32,000 nucleotides of DNA from Delftia acidovorans NBRC 14950 (GCF_001598795.1 NZ_BCZP01000017.1:106217-138216); one strand, 5' to 3'. Numbered from the stretch's first letter, positions 17,427 to 25,361 are shown. A program made the numbers and translations. Notes: a model not told the origin generated them from the letters alone.

Positions 17427-17896
17427 CACAGGCGTTCGTTGTGCAGCAGGGCTTTGCCCATCTCGTTGGGAATGAAGGCCAGCACCTTGCCGGCCGCCGA
17501 GATGACAACGCCTGCGCCGATCACGCTGCAGGTCAGCACCGTGCCCACGGCATAGGCCGAGGCGGAGGCGCCCCGCCCCACCACTTCCACGCTGGCCTGG
17601 GCGCCGTCGGAGGCACGCTCCAGCAGATAGACCGTGCCCGTGGCCGAGGCCTGCACCGCCTTCACGGTCAGCACCGCGCCGCCCACCGAGAGCGCGGCCG
17701 GCAAGGCCACCACGGCGCCAGCGGCCGTCGAAGCCACCGAAGCCGTACCCACCACGGAGGCCACGGGCAGCATGGACAGAGCCACCGAGGCCTCGCTTTG
17801 CGCATGGGCAGGCGCCATGGCCAGGGCTGCGCACAGCGCACCAGCGGTCAGCAGGGCACGCGGCAGGCGCGCGAAAACGGATTGGTTGACCATCAT
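17426..17896 (-). CDS. Small secreted Ala/Val/Ser/Gly-rich protein, no family recognised
   Basis: Frame of ORF 17426..18013 (-); ATG 17896 has AGGAG 8 nt upstream. Signal peptide MMVNQSVFARLPRALLTAGALCAALAMAPAHA/QSE. The mature ~125 aa are low in charged residues and look beta-strand-like (VLTVKAVQASATGTVYLLERASDGAQASVEVVGRG...). Confidence 0.6.
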   Translation of the reverse strand: MMVNQSVFARLPRALLTAGALCAALAMAPAHAQSEASVALSMLPVASVVGTASVASTAAGAVVALPAALSVGGAVLTVKAVQASATGTVYLLERASDGAQASVEVVGRGASASAYAVGTVLTCSVIGAGVVISAAGKVLAFIPNEMGKALLHNERL

Positions 17897-17933
17897 TGCT
17901 TGGACTCCTGGAAATGCGGGGAAGGGATGGACA

Positions 17934-18407
17934 TCACTCGGCGTCGGCCGGTTGCGCGGCCTCGCGGCGGCCATGCATGCGGGCCTGCGCCAGGTCGGCC
18001 TCGTGGCGGTCACGCAGCATCTTGGCCAGCGTGAAGGCGGTGGTGATGAGATAGAGCCAGCTCACGCCCAGGAAGGCCTTGTAGGTCACGTTGATGTCCA
18101 TGCTCACCAGCCCCCAGCCAGTCAGCGCCATGGACACGGCAAAGCCGCCCCAGACCACCAGCTTCCACATGGGCGTGTCGCCTGCGCCGCTGCGGCCGCC
18201 CTCGTTGTCCCGCACGAACTTGGCCAGCACGAAGGCGGCCGAGAGGCAGAACACATAGCCCATCACCATGAAGGCCTGCTCCAGCTGCTCGCCGGGCAGC
18301 CATGCCAGGCCGATGGCGCACAGCGAGACCGCAATGCCGAACGACACCCACACCTGCAGTTGCCAGGCCCGGGTATCACGCTGAACGACGATGGGAGAAG
18401 AGGACAT
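17934..18407 (-). CDS. YiaA/YiaB-type inner-membrane protein (two copies of the two-helix module)
   Basis: ORF 17934..18407 (-), 157 aa. Internal duplication: WVSFGIAVSLCAIGLAWLP...MGYVFCLSAAFVLAKFVRD and VVWGGFAVSMALTGWGLV...SWLYLITTAFTLAKMLRD. Confidence 0.7.
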   Translation of the reverse strand: MSSSPIVVQRDTRAWQLQVWVSFGIAVSLCAIGLAWLPGEQLEQAFMVMGYVFCLSAAFVLAKFVRDNEGGRSGAGDTPMWKLVVWGGFAVSMALTGWGLVSMDINVTYKAFLGVSWLYLITTAFTLAKMLRDRHEADLAQARMHGRREAAQPADAE

Positions 18408-18717
18408 TTGCCGAGGTGCCCCTCAAGGGCATTGGTTGAACACGGGACGCATGGTGCCCAGACGTAACTTGCGTGTCTGCATTCAACCGTAACAGTGGCC
18501 AGACACAGGCCATCGAGTATCTTCAAACGGTACTTTTCAAGTTTTTGACTGTTGTTTACACCCCAAAAAGTTCCTGCATGTGACACCAGCACACAGGACA
18601 TCGGGCACGGCACCTGGGCGACAGGAGCCCTGCGACGCGCCACAGACAATGCGCCCACCCCGTCTGCAGTGCAGCGGGCAATCGCACGTTCGCCACGCTG
18701 ATTGATGGAGATCTCCA

Positions 18718-19902
18718 ATGACCAAACCCTTTGACCTCGTCGTCCACGGCGCCACCGGCTTCACGGGCCGGCTGGTGGTGGAGTACCTGCTCAGGCGCTA
18801 CCCCGCAGGCAGCGGCCTGCGCTGGGCCATGGGCGGGCGCAATGCCGCCAAGCTCGCGGCCGTGCGCGACGAGCTGGGCGCACCCGCCGATACCCCGCTG
18901 GTGGTGACCGACACCGGCAATCCCGCAAGCCTGCAGGCGCTGATGGAGCAGACCCGCCTGGTGCTGACCACGGTGGGCCCCTACCAGCTCTACGGCAACG
19001 AGCTGGTGGCCGCCTGCGCCAGCGCCGGCGTGGACTATGTGGACCTGTGCGGCGAGCCAGCGTGGATGCGCCAGATGATCGATGCCCACGAGGCCGCAGC
19101 CCGGGCCAGCGGCGCGCGCATCGTGTTCTCCTGCGGCTTCGATTCCCTTCCCTTCGACCTGGGCGTATTCATGCTGCAGCGAGAGATGCAGGCCCGCTTC
19201 GGCCAGCCCGCCCAGCGCGTGCGGGGCCGGGTGCGCAAGATGAAGGGCACGTTCTCGGGCGGCACGGCGGCCAGCCTCAAGGCCACCATGGCGGCGGCCG
19301 CCGCCCAGCCGGGCGTGCTGGAGCTGCTGCGCAATCCGTTCTCGCTCACGCCGGGCTTCGAGGGCCCGCGCCAGCCTTCAGGCAGCAAGCCCATGGTGGA
19401 CGAGGTGCTGGGCCTGTGGGTGGCGCCCTTCGTGATGGCGGCCATCAACACGCGCAACGTGCACCGCTCCAACTTCCTGCTGGGCCATGCCTATGGCGCC
19501 GACTTTGTCTACGACGAGATGATGGTCACAGGTGCGGGCGAAAAGGGCGAGGCCCTGGCCAACGCCGTGGCGGCCGACAAGTCGCTGGGCGCGGACGACG
19601 GCCCCAAGCCTGGCGAGGGGCCATCGCGCGAAGAGCGTGAATCGGGCTTCTACGACGTGCTGTTCATCGGCACCGACACGGCCGGCCACAGCCTGCGCGT
19701 GGGCGTCAAGGGCGACCGCGATCCGGGCTACGGCTCCACGTCCAAGATGATCACCGAGGCAGCCGTCTGCCTGCTGCAGGACGCTCCGGACACGCCCGGC
19801 GGCATCTGGACCACGGCGCCCGCCATGGGCAACGCGCTCATCGCCAGGCTCAAGGCCAATGCCGGCCTGAGCTTCACGGTGGAGGAACAGAACCCCTCTT
19901 AA
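18718..19902 (+). CDS. Saccharopine dehydrogenase-like NAD(P)-binding oxidoreductase
   Basis: ORF 18718..19902, 394 aa. N-terminal Rossmann FDLVVHGATGFTGRLVVEYL, then LVLTTVGPYQLYG and VDLCGEPAWM, typical of the saccharopine-dehydrogenase-like family. Confidence 0.85.
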   Translation: MTKPFDLVVHGATGFTGRLVVEYLLRRYPAGSGLRWAMGGRNAAKLAAVRDELGAPADTPLVVTDTGNPASLQALMEQTRLVLTTVGPYQLYGNELVAACASAGVDYVDLCGEPAWMRQMIDAHEAAARASGARIVFSCGFDSLPFDLGVFMLQREMQARFGQPAQRVRGRVRKMKGTFSGGTAASLKATMAAAAAQPGVLELLRNPFSLTPGFEGPRQPSGSKPMVDEVLGLWVAPFVMAAINTRNVHRSNFLLGHAYGADFVYDEMMVTGAGEKGEALANAVAADKSLGADDGPKPGEGPSREERESGFYDVLFIGTDTAGHSLRVGVKGDRDPGYGSTSKMITEAAVCLLQDAPDTPGGIWTTAPAMGNALIARLKANAGLSFTVEEQNPS

Positions 19903-21863
19903 GCCGCCAGCAGCCGCTGCACGCGCTCGCGCAGCAGCGCGGGCTGCACCTCGGACTGGGCCATGGGCTGGCCCACGTTCAGGCCCACGCGATTGAACAG
20001 GCCACGGCGGAAGGGCCGCACCATGGCGCCGCCCTGCTCGATGCGGCTGAAGTACGAGCCCCAGAGATTGGTCAGCGCCATGGGGACCACGGGCACCTGC
20101 AGGCCATCGGCCTGGGCGCGCTCGATGATCTTCATGATGCCGCCACGGAACTCCTGCAGCTGCCCGTCGCGCGTGATGCCGCCCTCGGGGAAGATGGCCA
20201 GCAGATCACCCTCGCGCAGCACCTGGGCGGCGCGCTCGAACGCAGCCTCGTAGGTGGCGGGGTCCTCCTTCTGCGGTGCGACCGGAATGGCCTTGGCCAG
20301 GCGGAACAGCCAGCCCAGCACGGGCACGCGGAAGATGCGGTGGTCCATCAGAAAGTAGATGGGCCGGGGGCTGGCGGCCATGAGCAGCACGGCATCGACA
20401 AAGCTCACATGGTTGCAGGCCAGGATAGCCGCGCCGGTGGCCGGAATGTGCTCGTCGCCCTGCACCTTGAAGCGGTACACGAAGCGCGAGACCACCCAGG
20501 CCACGAAGCGCAGCAGGTACTCGGGCACCAGCAAGAAGATGTAGGCCGCCACCACGGCATTGGCAATGCCCGTGATCAGGAACACCTGGGGAATGCTGAA
20601 GCCCGCCGCCAGCAGCGCGCCGGCCAGCACGCTGGAGGCGATCATGAACAGCGCGTTGAGGATGTTGTTGGCCGCGATGATGCGTGCGCGGTGCGTGGGC
20701 TGGCTGCGCATCTGGATCAGCGCGTACATGGGCACGCTGTAGATGCCGGCCGACAGGGCCAGCATGCCCAGGTCGGCCATCACACGCCAGTGCGCGGGCT
20801 GGGCAAAAAAGGCACCCACGCCCATCAGCTCGGAGGCAGGCAGCGCGCGCGAGGCAAAGAACAGGTCCACGGCGAACACGCTCATGCCGATGGCGCCCAG
20901 CGGCACCAGGCCGATCTCCACATGGCGGCGGCTGAACACCTCGCACAGCAGCGAGCCCGTACCAATGCCCACGGAAAACACCACCAGCAGCAGCGAGGCC
21001 ACATGCTCGTCGCCATGCAGCACCTCCTTGGCAAAGCTGGGGAACTGGGCCAGGAACACGGCGCCGAAGAACCACATCCAGCTGATGCCCAGCAGCGAGC
21101 GGAACACGGCGGGCTGCTCGCGGGCCAGCTGCAGGTTGCGCCAGGTTTCGGTGAAGGGGTTCCAGTTGATGACCAGGTGCGGGTCGGTGGCCGGTGCATT
21201 GGGGATGAACTGCGCAAAGATCCGCCCGATCACCGCCAGCGCCAGGCAGGCCACGGCCACCTGCATATGGCCCACCTCGGGCACGGCCACCAGCAGGCCG
21301 CCTGCCACGTTGCCCAGCAAGATGGCCACGAAGGTGCCCATCTCCACCATGCCGTTGCCGCCCGTCAGCTCGCGCTCGCTGAGCACCTGGGGCAGGTAGG
21401 CGAATTTCACGGGGCCGAACAGCGTGGAGTGCAGGCCCATCAGGAAGACGCAGCCCAGCAGCAGCGGCACATTGGCCTGGATGAAGCCCCAGGCGGCCAG
21501 CGCCATGATGGCGATCTCCAGGTTCTTGACCAGGCGAAACATGCGGGTCTTGTCCCACTTGTCCGTCAGCTGGCCCGAGGTGGCCGAGAACAGCAGGAAC
21601 GGCAGGATGAACAGCGCCCCGATCACCAGCCCCGCCATGGCCGAAGGCAGCCAGGAGACGCTGAGCTGGTAGGTCACCATCACGGTGAGCGCGAACTTGA
21701 ACAGGTTGTCGTTGGCCGCCCCCGAGAACTGCGTCCAGAAGAACGGCGCAAAGCGCCGCTGGCCCAGCAGGGCGAACTGGTTGGGGTGCTCGTGCGCGGC
21801 CGATGGCACGGCGCCGGCCGTTGCGGTGGGGGCAGACGGGCTGCCGGTCTCTTGCTGGAACAT
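19899..21863 (-). CDS. MFS transporter fused to a PlsC-type lysophospholipid acyltransferase (LplT::acyltransferase-like)
   Basis: In-frame ATG 21863 (MFQQETGSPS..., GAGGGA upstream) inside ORF 19899..22781; 654 aa. About 12 hydrophobic helices precede an acyltransferase domain with HX4D (NHVSFVD) and FPEGGITRDG motifs. Confidence 0.85.
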   Translation of the reverse strand: MFQQETGSPSAPTATAGAVPSAAHEHPNQFALLGQRRFAPFFWTQFSGAANDNLFKFALTVMVTYQLSVSWLPSAMAGLVIGALFILPFLLFSATSGQLTDKWDKTRMFRLVKNLEIAIMALAAWGFIQANVPLLLGCVFLMGLHSTLFGPVKFAYLPQVLSERELTGGNGMVEMGTFVAILLGNVAGGLLVAVPEVGHMQVAVACLALAVIGRIFAQFIPNAPATDPHLVINWNPFTETWRNLQLAREQPAVFRSLLGISWMWFFGAVFLAQFPSFAKEVLHGDEHVASLLLVVFSVGIGTGSLLCEVFSRRHVEIGLVPLGAIGMSVFAVDLFFASRALPASELMGVGAFFAQPAHWRVMADLGMLALSAGIYSVPMYALIQMRSQPTHRARIIAANNILNALFMIASSVLAGALLAAGFSIPQVFLITGIANAVVAAYIFLLVPEYLLRFVAWVVSRFVYRFKVQGDEHIPATGAAILACNHVSFVDAVLLMAASPRPIYFLMDHRIFRVPVLGWLFRLAKAIPVAPQKEDPATYEAAFERAAQVLREGDLLAIFPEGGITRDGQLQEFRGGIMKIIERAQADGLQVPVVPMALTNLWGSYFSRIEQGGAMVRPFRRGLFNRVGLNVGQPMAQSEVQPALLRERVQRLLAA

Positions 21864-21874
21864 CTTGTTTTCCC

Positions 21875-22699
21875 TCAACGGTTGGTGGCGCCGCCGTGGC
21901 CGCACGCATCGGCGCACATTGTGCCCGTACTGGTCATGCGCGCCGTGCCGGCCGCACGCAGCGCGGCGATCACGGGCAGGGCGGCGGCGGCCGCCACCAC
22001 ATGCTTGAGGCTGTGGCCGGACACCAGCCCGGCCGTGGCCTCGAAGACGGCCGCATCGCCCCACTCCAGCAGCTTGGCCGCGCCATACCATGCAATCACC
22101 GCGCCCAGGCGCAGCGCCAGCGCGCCATGGCGCGGCGCCACGCAGGCCAGGCCCAGCACCGCCAGCATGCCGCCGCCCTGCACCAGCGCCCAGGGCAGCA
22201 GGTTGCCGCCATGCAGCCAGACCAGCACCGAGGTCACGGCGGCGACCAGCATGGCCACTGCGGCGCGCACGGCCACGCGGTCGGCAATGCGCGATTGCAG
22301 TGCCAGCCCCAGCATGCCGGCAAAGGCCATGGACATGCCCAGCCGGTCGCCGGCCAGGGTGGCATCGTGGGGTGCCCAGTGGTAGACGGACGAACCTACG
22401 GCCGAACACGCCAGCCCCGTGAAGAACAGCGCGGCAAGCCAGCGCAGGGCCGGCGCCAGCGCTTGGCTGCGCCGGTCCAACAGGAGGCGCGCCCCCGTCA
22501 CGGCGGCCCAGGCAAAGCCCAGGTTGCTGAGCACATCCAGCGCATGGGGCAGCGCCCCCCAGGCGCGCTGGTCGGCAAACGCGTGAAAGTCCTGCGGCTG
22601 CGGCACGGCGGGGCCAAGCCAGGCGGCCAGCAGCAGCAGGGCAGCGCCCCAGTACAGCGCGCGCAGGGCGGCGGCCGGTGAAATCGATACGGATGGCAT
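21875..22699 (-). CDS. Ceramidase-like (alkaline phytoceramidase family-like) polytopic membrane protein
   Basis: ORF 21875..22699 (-), 274 aa, GAGGAG upstream, ending 11 nt before the MFS::PlsC start. DFHAFADQRAWGALPHALDVLSNLGF, VYHWAPHDATLAGDRLGMSMAF and LVSGHSLKHVVAA match my memory of bacterial ceramidase-family proteins. Confidence 0.6.
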   Translation of the reverse strand: MPSVSISPAAALRALYWGAALLLLAAWLGPAVPQPQDFHAFADQRAWGALPHALDVLSNLGFAWAAVTGARLLLDRRSQALAPALRWLAALFFTGLACSAVGSSVYHWAPHDATLAGDRLGMSMAFAGMLGLALQSRIADRVAVRAAVAMLVAAVTSVLVWLHGGNLLPWALVQGGGMLAVLGLACVAPRHGALALRLGAVIAWYGAAKLLEWGDAAVFEATAGLVSGHSLKHVVAAAAALPVIAALRAAGTARMTSTGTMCADACGHGGATNR

Positions 22700-22793
22700 G
22701 TGTTGCTCCTCGTGAAAAGTGAGGCGGAGTGTGGCGAGCCATCGGCCCTTTCAGCATCGTTTTTCTGCACCCGCCGCGCAAACCAGCACCTCG

Positions 22794-22812
22794 GGTATCG
22801 ATAATCGCTACC
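22794..22812. promoter_or_regulatory. 19-bp near-perfect palindrome GGTATCGAT-A-ATCGCTACC abutting the XRE regulator start codon (candidate operator)
   Basis: 8 of 9 arm positions are complementary (9 of 10 counting G22793/C22813). It ends 1 nt before ATG 22814, in the 114-bp divergent region shared with the ceramidase-like/MFS::PlsC operon. Confidence 0.4.
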
Positions 22813-22813
22813 C

Positions 22814-23554
22814 ATGAGCACCACTGCCGACCTCGTCATCGCCCTCAAGAAGGAACTCAAGGCCGCCCAGATGACCTATGCCGACCTGGCGCGCGCCCTG
22901 GGCATGGCCGAGTCCAGCGTCAAGCGCATGCTGGCCAAGGGCGACATGCCGCTGTCGCGCATCGATGCCATCTGCCGCGCGCTGAGCCTGGACTTCGCCG
23001 ACCTGGCGCGCCGCGTGGCCGACAGCCAGCCGCTGCTGCAGGAGATGACGCCCGAGCAGGAGAACGCCGTGGTCGCCGACCGCAAGCTGCTGCTGATGGC
23101 CATCTGCGTGCTCAGCCAGTGGACGCTGGAGCAGATCGTGGCCACCTACCGCATGACCGAGGCCGAAGGCATCCGCTACCTGGCCCAGCTGGACCGCATC
23201 GGCATCATCGAGCTGCGCCCCGGCAACCGCTACCGGCTGCGCCTGGCCAAGACCTTCCGCTGGCGCGCGCGCGGGCCGGTGATGGAGTACTTCCGCGAGA
23301 ACGCCGTGCTCGACTACTTCGGCGGCGGCTTCGACCAGCCGGGCGAAGGCATGCTGATGGTGCACGGCTCCATCGGCCGGCATCTGGCGCCCAGCTTCGT
23401 GGAACGCATACAGCGGCTGGCCCATGACTTTTCCCAGCAGCACCTGCAGGACCAGCGCCTGCCGCCGGGCCAGCGCGAGGGCTACACCCTGGTGCTGGCC
23501 ATGCGCAGCTGGGAATTCACGGCGTTCACGGCGCTCCGAAGAGGCACTGTCTGA
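22814..23554 (+). CDS. XRE-family helix-turn-helix transcriptional regulator with a ~170-aa C-terminal domain
   Basis: ORF 22814..23554, 246 aa. LKKELKAAQMTYADLARALGMAESSVKRMLAKGDMPLSRIDAICRALSLDF is an XRE/Cro-type HTH. Confidence 0.8.
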   Translation: MSTTADLVIALKKELKAAQMTYADLARALGMAESSVKRMLAKGDMPLSRIDAICRALSLDFADLARRVADSQPLLQEMTPEQENAVVADRKLLLMAICVLSQWTLEQIVATYRMTEAEGIRYLAQLDRIGIIELRPGNRYRLRLAKTFRWRARGPVMEYFRENAVLDYFGGGFDQPGEGMLMVHGSIGRHLAPSFVERIQRLAHDFSQQHLQDQRLPPGQREGYTLVLAMRSWEFTAFTALRRGTV

Positions 23555-23736
23555 CGGCGGCTGCAGGACGGCAGCCTGCGCTGCAGCGCCTGGCAACAAG
23601 GCTTCACCAAGGCGATACACAAGATTGCAAGACTTCGCGGCGCGGCAACCCGGGATTGACGATGGACCTGCACCATGCAGTCATGGATTCCTTTCACCAG
23701 GACTCCAGCCCGATGAACCAAGGACAAGGAGCCGCC

Positions 23737-24126
23737 ATGATTTCCCTTCGCACACCGCTGATCGCCGCCACCCTGGCCCTGGCCGGATGGGCCGGCACCG
23801 CGCAGGCCCAGGCCAACGTGACCTATGCGGCGCCGGGCGCCGCCATCTCGGTCCAGTTCGGCGCGCCGCCTCCCGTGCGCTACGAGGCGGTTCCTGCACC
23901 GCGCCGCGGCTACGTCTGGGCACCCGGCTACTGGCGCCCGCAGGGCCACCGCCATGCCTGGGTGGCCGGCCACTGGGTCAAGGCGCGTCCCGGCTATGTG
24001 TACCGCCAGCCCGTGTGGTCGCAGCAGGGCGGCCGCTGGGGCTACGCACCCGGCCGCTGGGACCGTGACCGCGACGGCGTGCCGGACCGCCATGACCGCC
24101 GCCCCAACAACCCCTACCGCCATTGA
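23737..24126 (+). CDS. Small secreted YXWGXW-repeat protein
   Basis: In-frame ATG 23737 within ORF 23656..24126, AAGGAG 6 nt upstream; 129 aa. Signal peptide MISLRTPLIAATLALAGWAGTAQA. Repeats: YVWAPGYW, HAWVAGHW, WGYAPGRW. Confidence 0.7.
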   Translation: MISLRTPLIAATLALAGWAGTAQAQANVTYAAPGAAISVQFGAPPPVRYEAVPAPRRGYVWAPGYWRPQGHRHAWVAGHWVKARPGYVYRQPVWSQQGGRWGYAPGRWDRDRDGVPDRHDRRPNNPYRH

Positions 24127-24147
24127 TGGGCGCTTGCGCCCGCCATG

Positions 24148-24174
24148 AAGCCCGCCCCATCGGCGGGCTTTTTG
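24148..24174 (+). terminator. Rho-independent terminator after the YXWGXW-repeat gene
   Basis: Perfect 9-bp stem AAGCCCGCC / GGCGGGCTT (24148-24156 / 24162-24170), 5-nt loop, followed by a T run (TTTTT at 24169-24173). Confidence 0.75.
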
Positions 24175-24288
24175 CTGAGCGCTGCGGCCATGCCCACACT
24201 GGCTTCATACCAACATATGCATATAAAAGTGGCTCATTAAGTTCTCAGGAAAATATGGGAATTGATTCACCGGATTTCCCTGCACACC

Positions 24289-25296
24289 ATGCGCCCCTCG
24301 TTTTTCCGCTCCTGGATTCCCGCCGCCGCCGCGGCCCTGGCCGTCTTCGGCTCCACCGCAGCGGTGGCAGCCGATTCGGCGGCTTCGTGGCCGCACCAGC
24401 CCGTGACCATGATCCTGGGCTTCCCGGCAGGCTCGGGCGTGGACGTGATCGCGCGCGGCGTGCAGGAGCCGCTGTCCCAGCGCCTGGGCCAGCCGCTCAT
24501 CATTGACTACAAGTCGGGAGCGGCCGGCAACATCGCCAGCGAGATCGTGGCGCGCGCCAAGCCGGACGGCTACACGCTGGCCTTCGGCACGGCCGCCACG
24601 CACGGAAGCAATGCCGCGCTTTACAAGAAGCTGCCGTTTGACGTGGAAACCGACTTCGTGCCGGTGGCGCCGCTGATCGATGTGTCCAACGTGCTGACCA
24701 TCAATCCCAACGTGATCAACGTCAAGAACCTCAAGGAGTTCGTGGACGAGATCAAGGCCAACCCCGGCAAGTACAACTACGCCTCCACGGGCAACGGCGC
24801 GGGCACGCACATGGCCTTTGCCGAGTTCAATGCGCGCCTGGGCCTGAACATGGTCCATGTGCCCTACAAGGGCGGCCCCGAGGCCATCACCTCGGTGCTG
24901 CGCGGCGAGACCTGCTGCATCATGAACCAGGTCCAGACCGTGCTGCCCCACTACAAGAGCGGCAAGGTGCGCCTGCTGGGCGTGACCACGGCCAAGCCCG
25001 TGGAAGTCATCAAGGAAGTGCCCACCATCGCCTCCAGCGGCCTGACGGGTACCAAGGGCTTCGACAGCTCGATCTGGTTCGGCATCTTCGCACCCAAGGG
25101 CACGGACCCGGCCATCGTGGCCAAGCTCAGCCAGGCCGTGCGCGAGGTGCTGGAGCTGCCCGAGGTGCGTGCGCGCTTCGAGTCCCAGGGCAATGCCATC
25201 CGCATCGAAACGCCCGAGCAGTTCAAGAAAACCGTGCACAACGACCGCCTGAAGTGGGCACAGGTGGTCAAAGACGCGAAAATCAGCATCGATTGA
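24289..25296 (+). CDS. Bug-family (TctC-like) tripartite tricarboxylate transporter substrate-binding protein
   Basis: In-frame ATG 24289 within ORF 24262..25296; 335 aa. Signal peptide MRPSFFRSWIPAAAAALAVFGSTAAVA. WPHQPVTMILGFPAGSGVDVIAR, YNYASTGNGAGTHMAFAEF and VHVPYKGGPEAITSVLRGE are typical of Bug proteins. Confidence 0.9.
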   Translation: MRPSFFRSWIPAAAAALAVFGSTAAVAADSAASWPHQPVTMILGFPAGSGVDVIARGVQEPLSQRLGQPLIIDYKSGAAGNIASEIVARAKPDGYTLAFGTAATHGSNAALYKKLPFDVETDFVPVAPLIDVSNVLTINPNVINVKNLKEFVDEIKANPGKYNYASTGNGAGTHMAFAEFNARLGLNMVHVPYKGGPEAITSVLRGETCCIMNQVQTVLPHYKSGKVRLLGVTTAKPVEVIKEVPTIASSGLTGTKGFDSSIWFGIFAPKGTDPAIVAKLSQAVREVLELPEVRARFESQGNAIRIETPEQFKKTVHNDRLKWAQVVKDAKISID

Positions 25297-25361
25297 TGCC
25301 GCGCGCGCCCGCAGGCCCTGCCCCGCTGGCGCGCCTTTCCTCGTGAGTTCCTGGTGAGTCT

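Noticed and set aside
21864-22781. Upstream 306 aa of the 960-aa ORF 19899..22781
   Set aside because: It overlaps the ceramidase-like gene (21875..22699) in a different frame and is Arg/Ala/Gly-rich. The MFS domain begins at ATG 21863, which has its own SD.
25301-25340. GCGCGCC...GGCGCGC stem followed by CTTTCC as a terminator between the Bug gene and the flavoprotein gene
   Set aside because: It has an 18-nt loop, a poor U-tract and only a 65-nt gap, so the genes are more likely co-transcribed. Kept only as a note.
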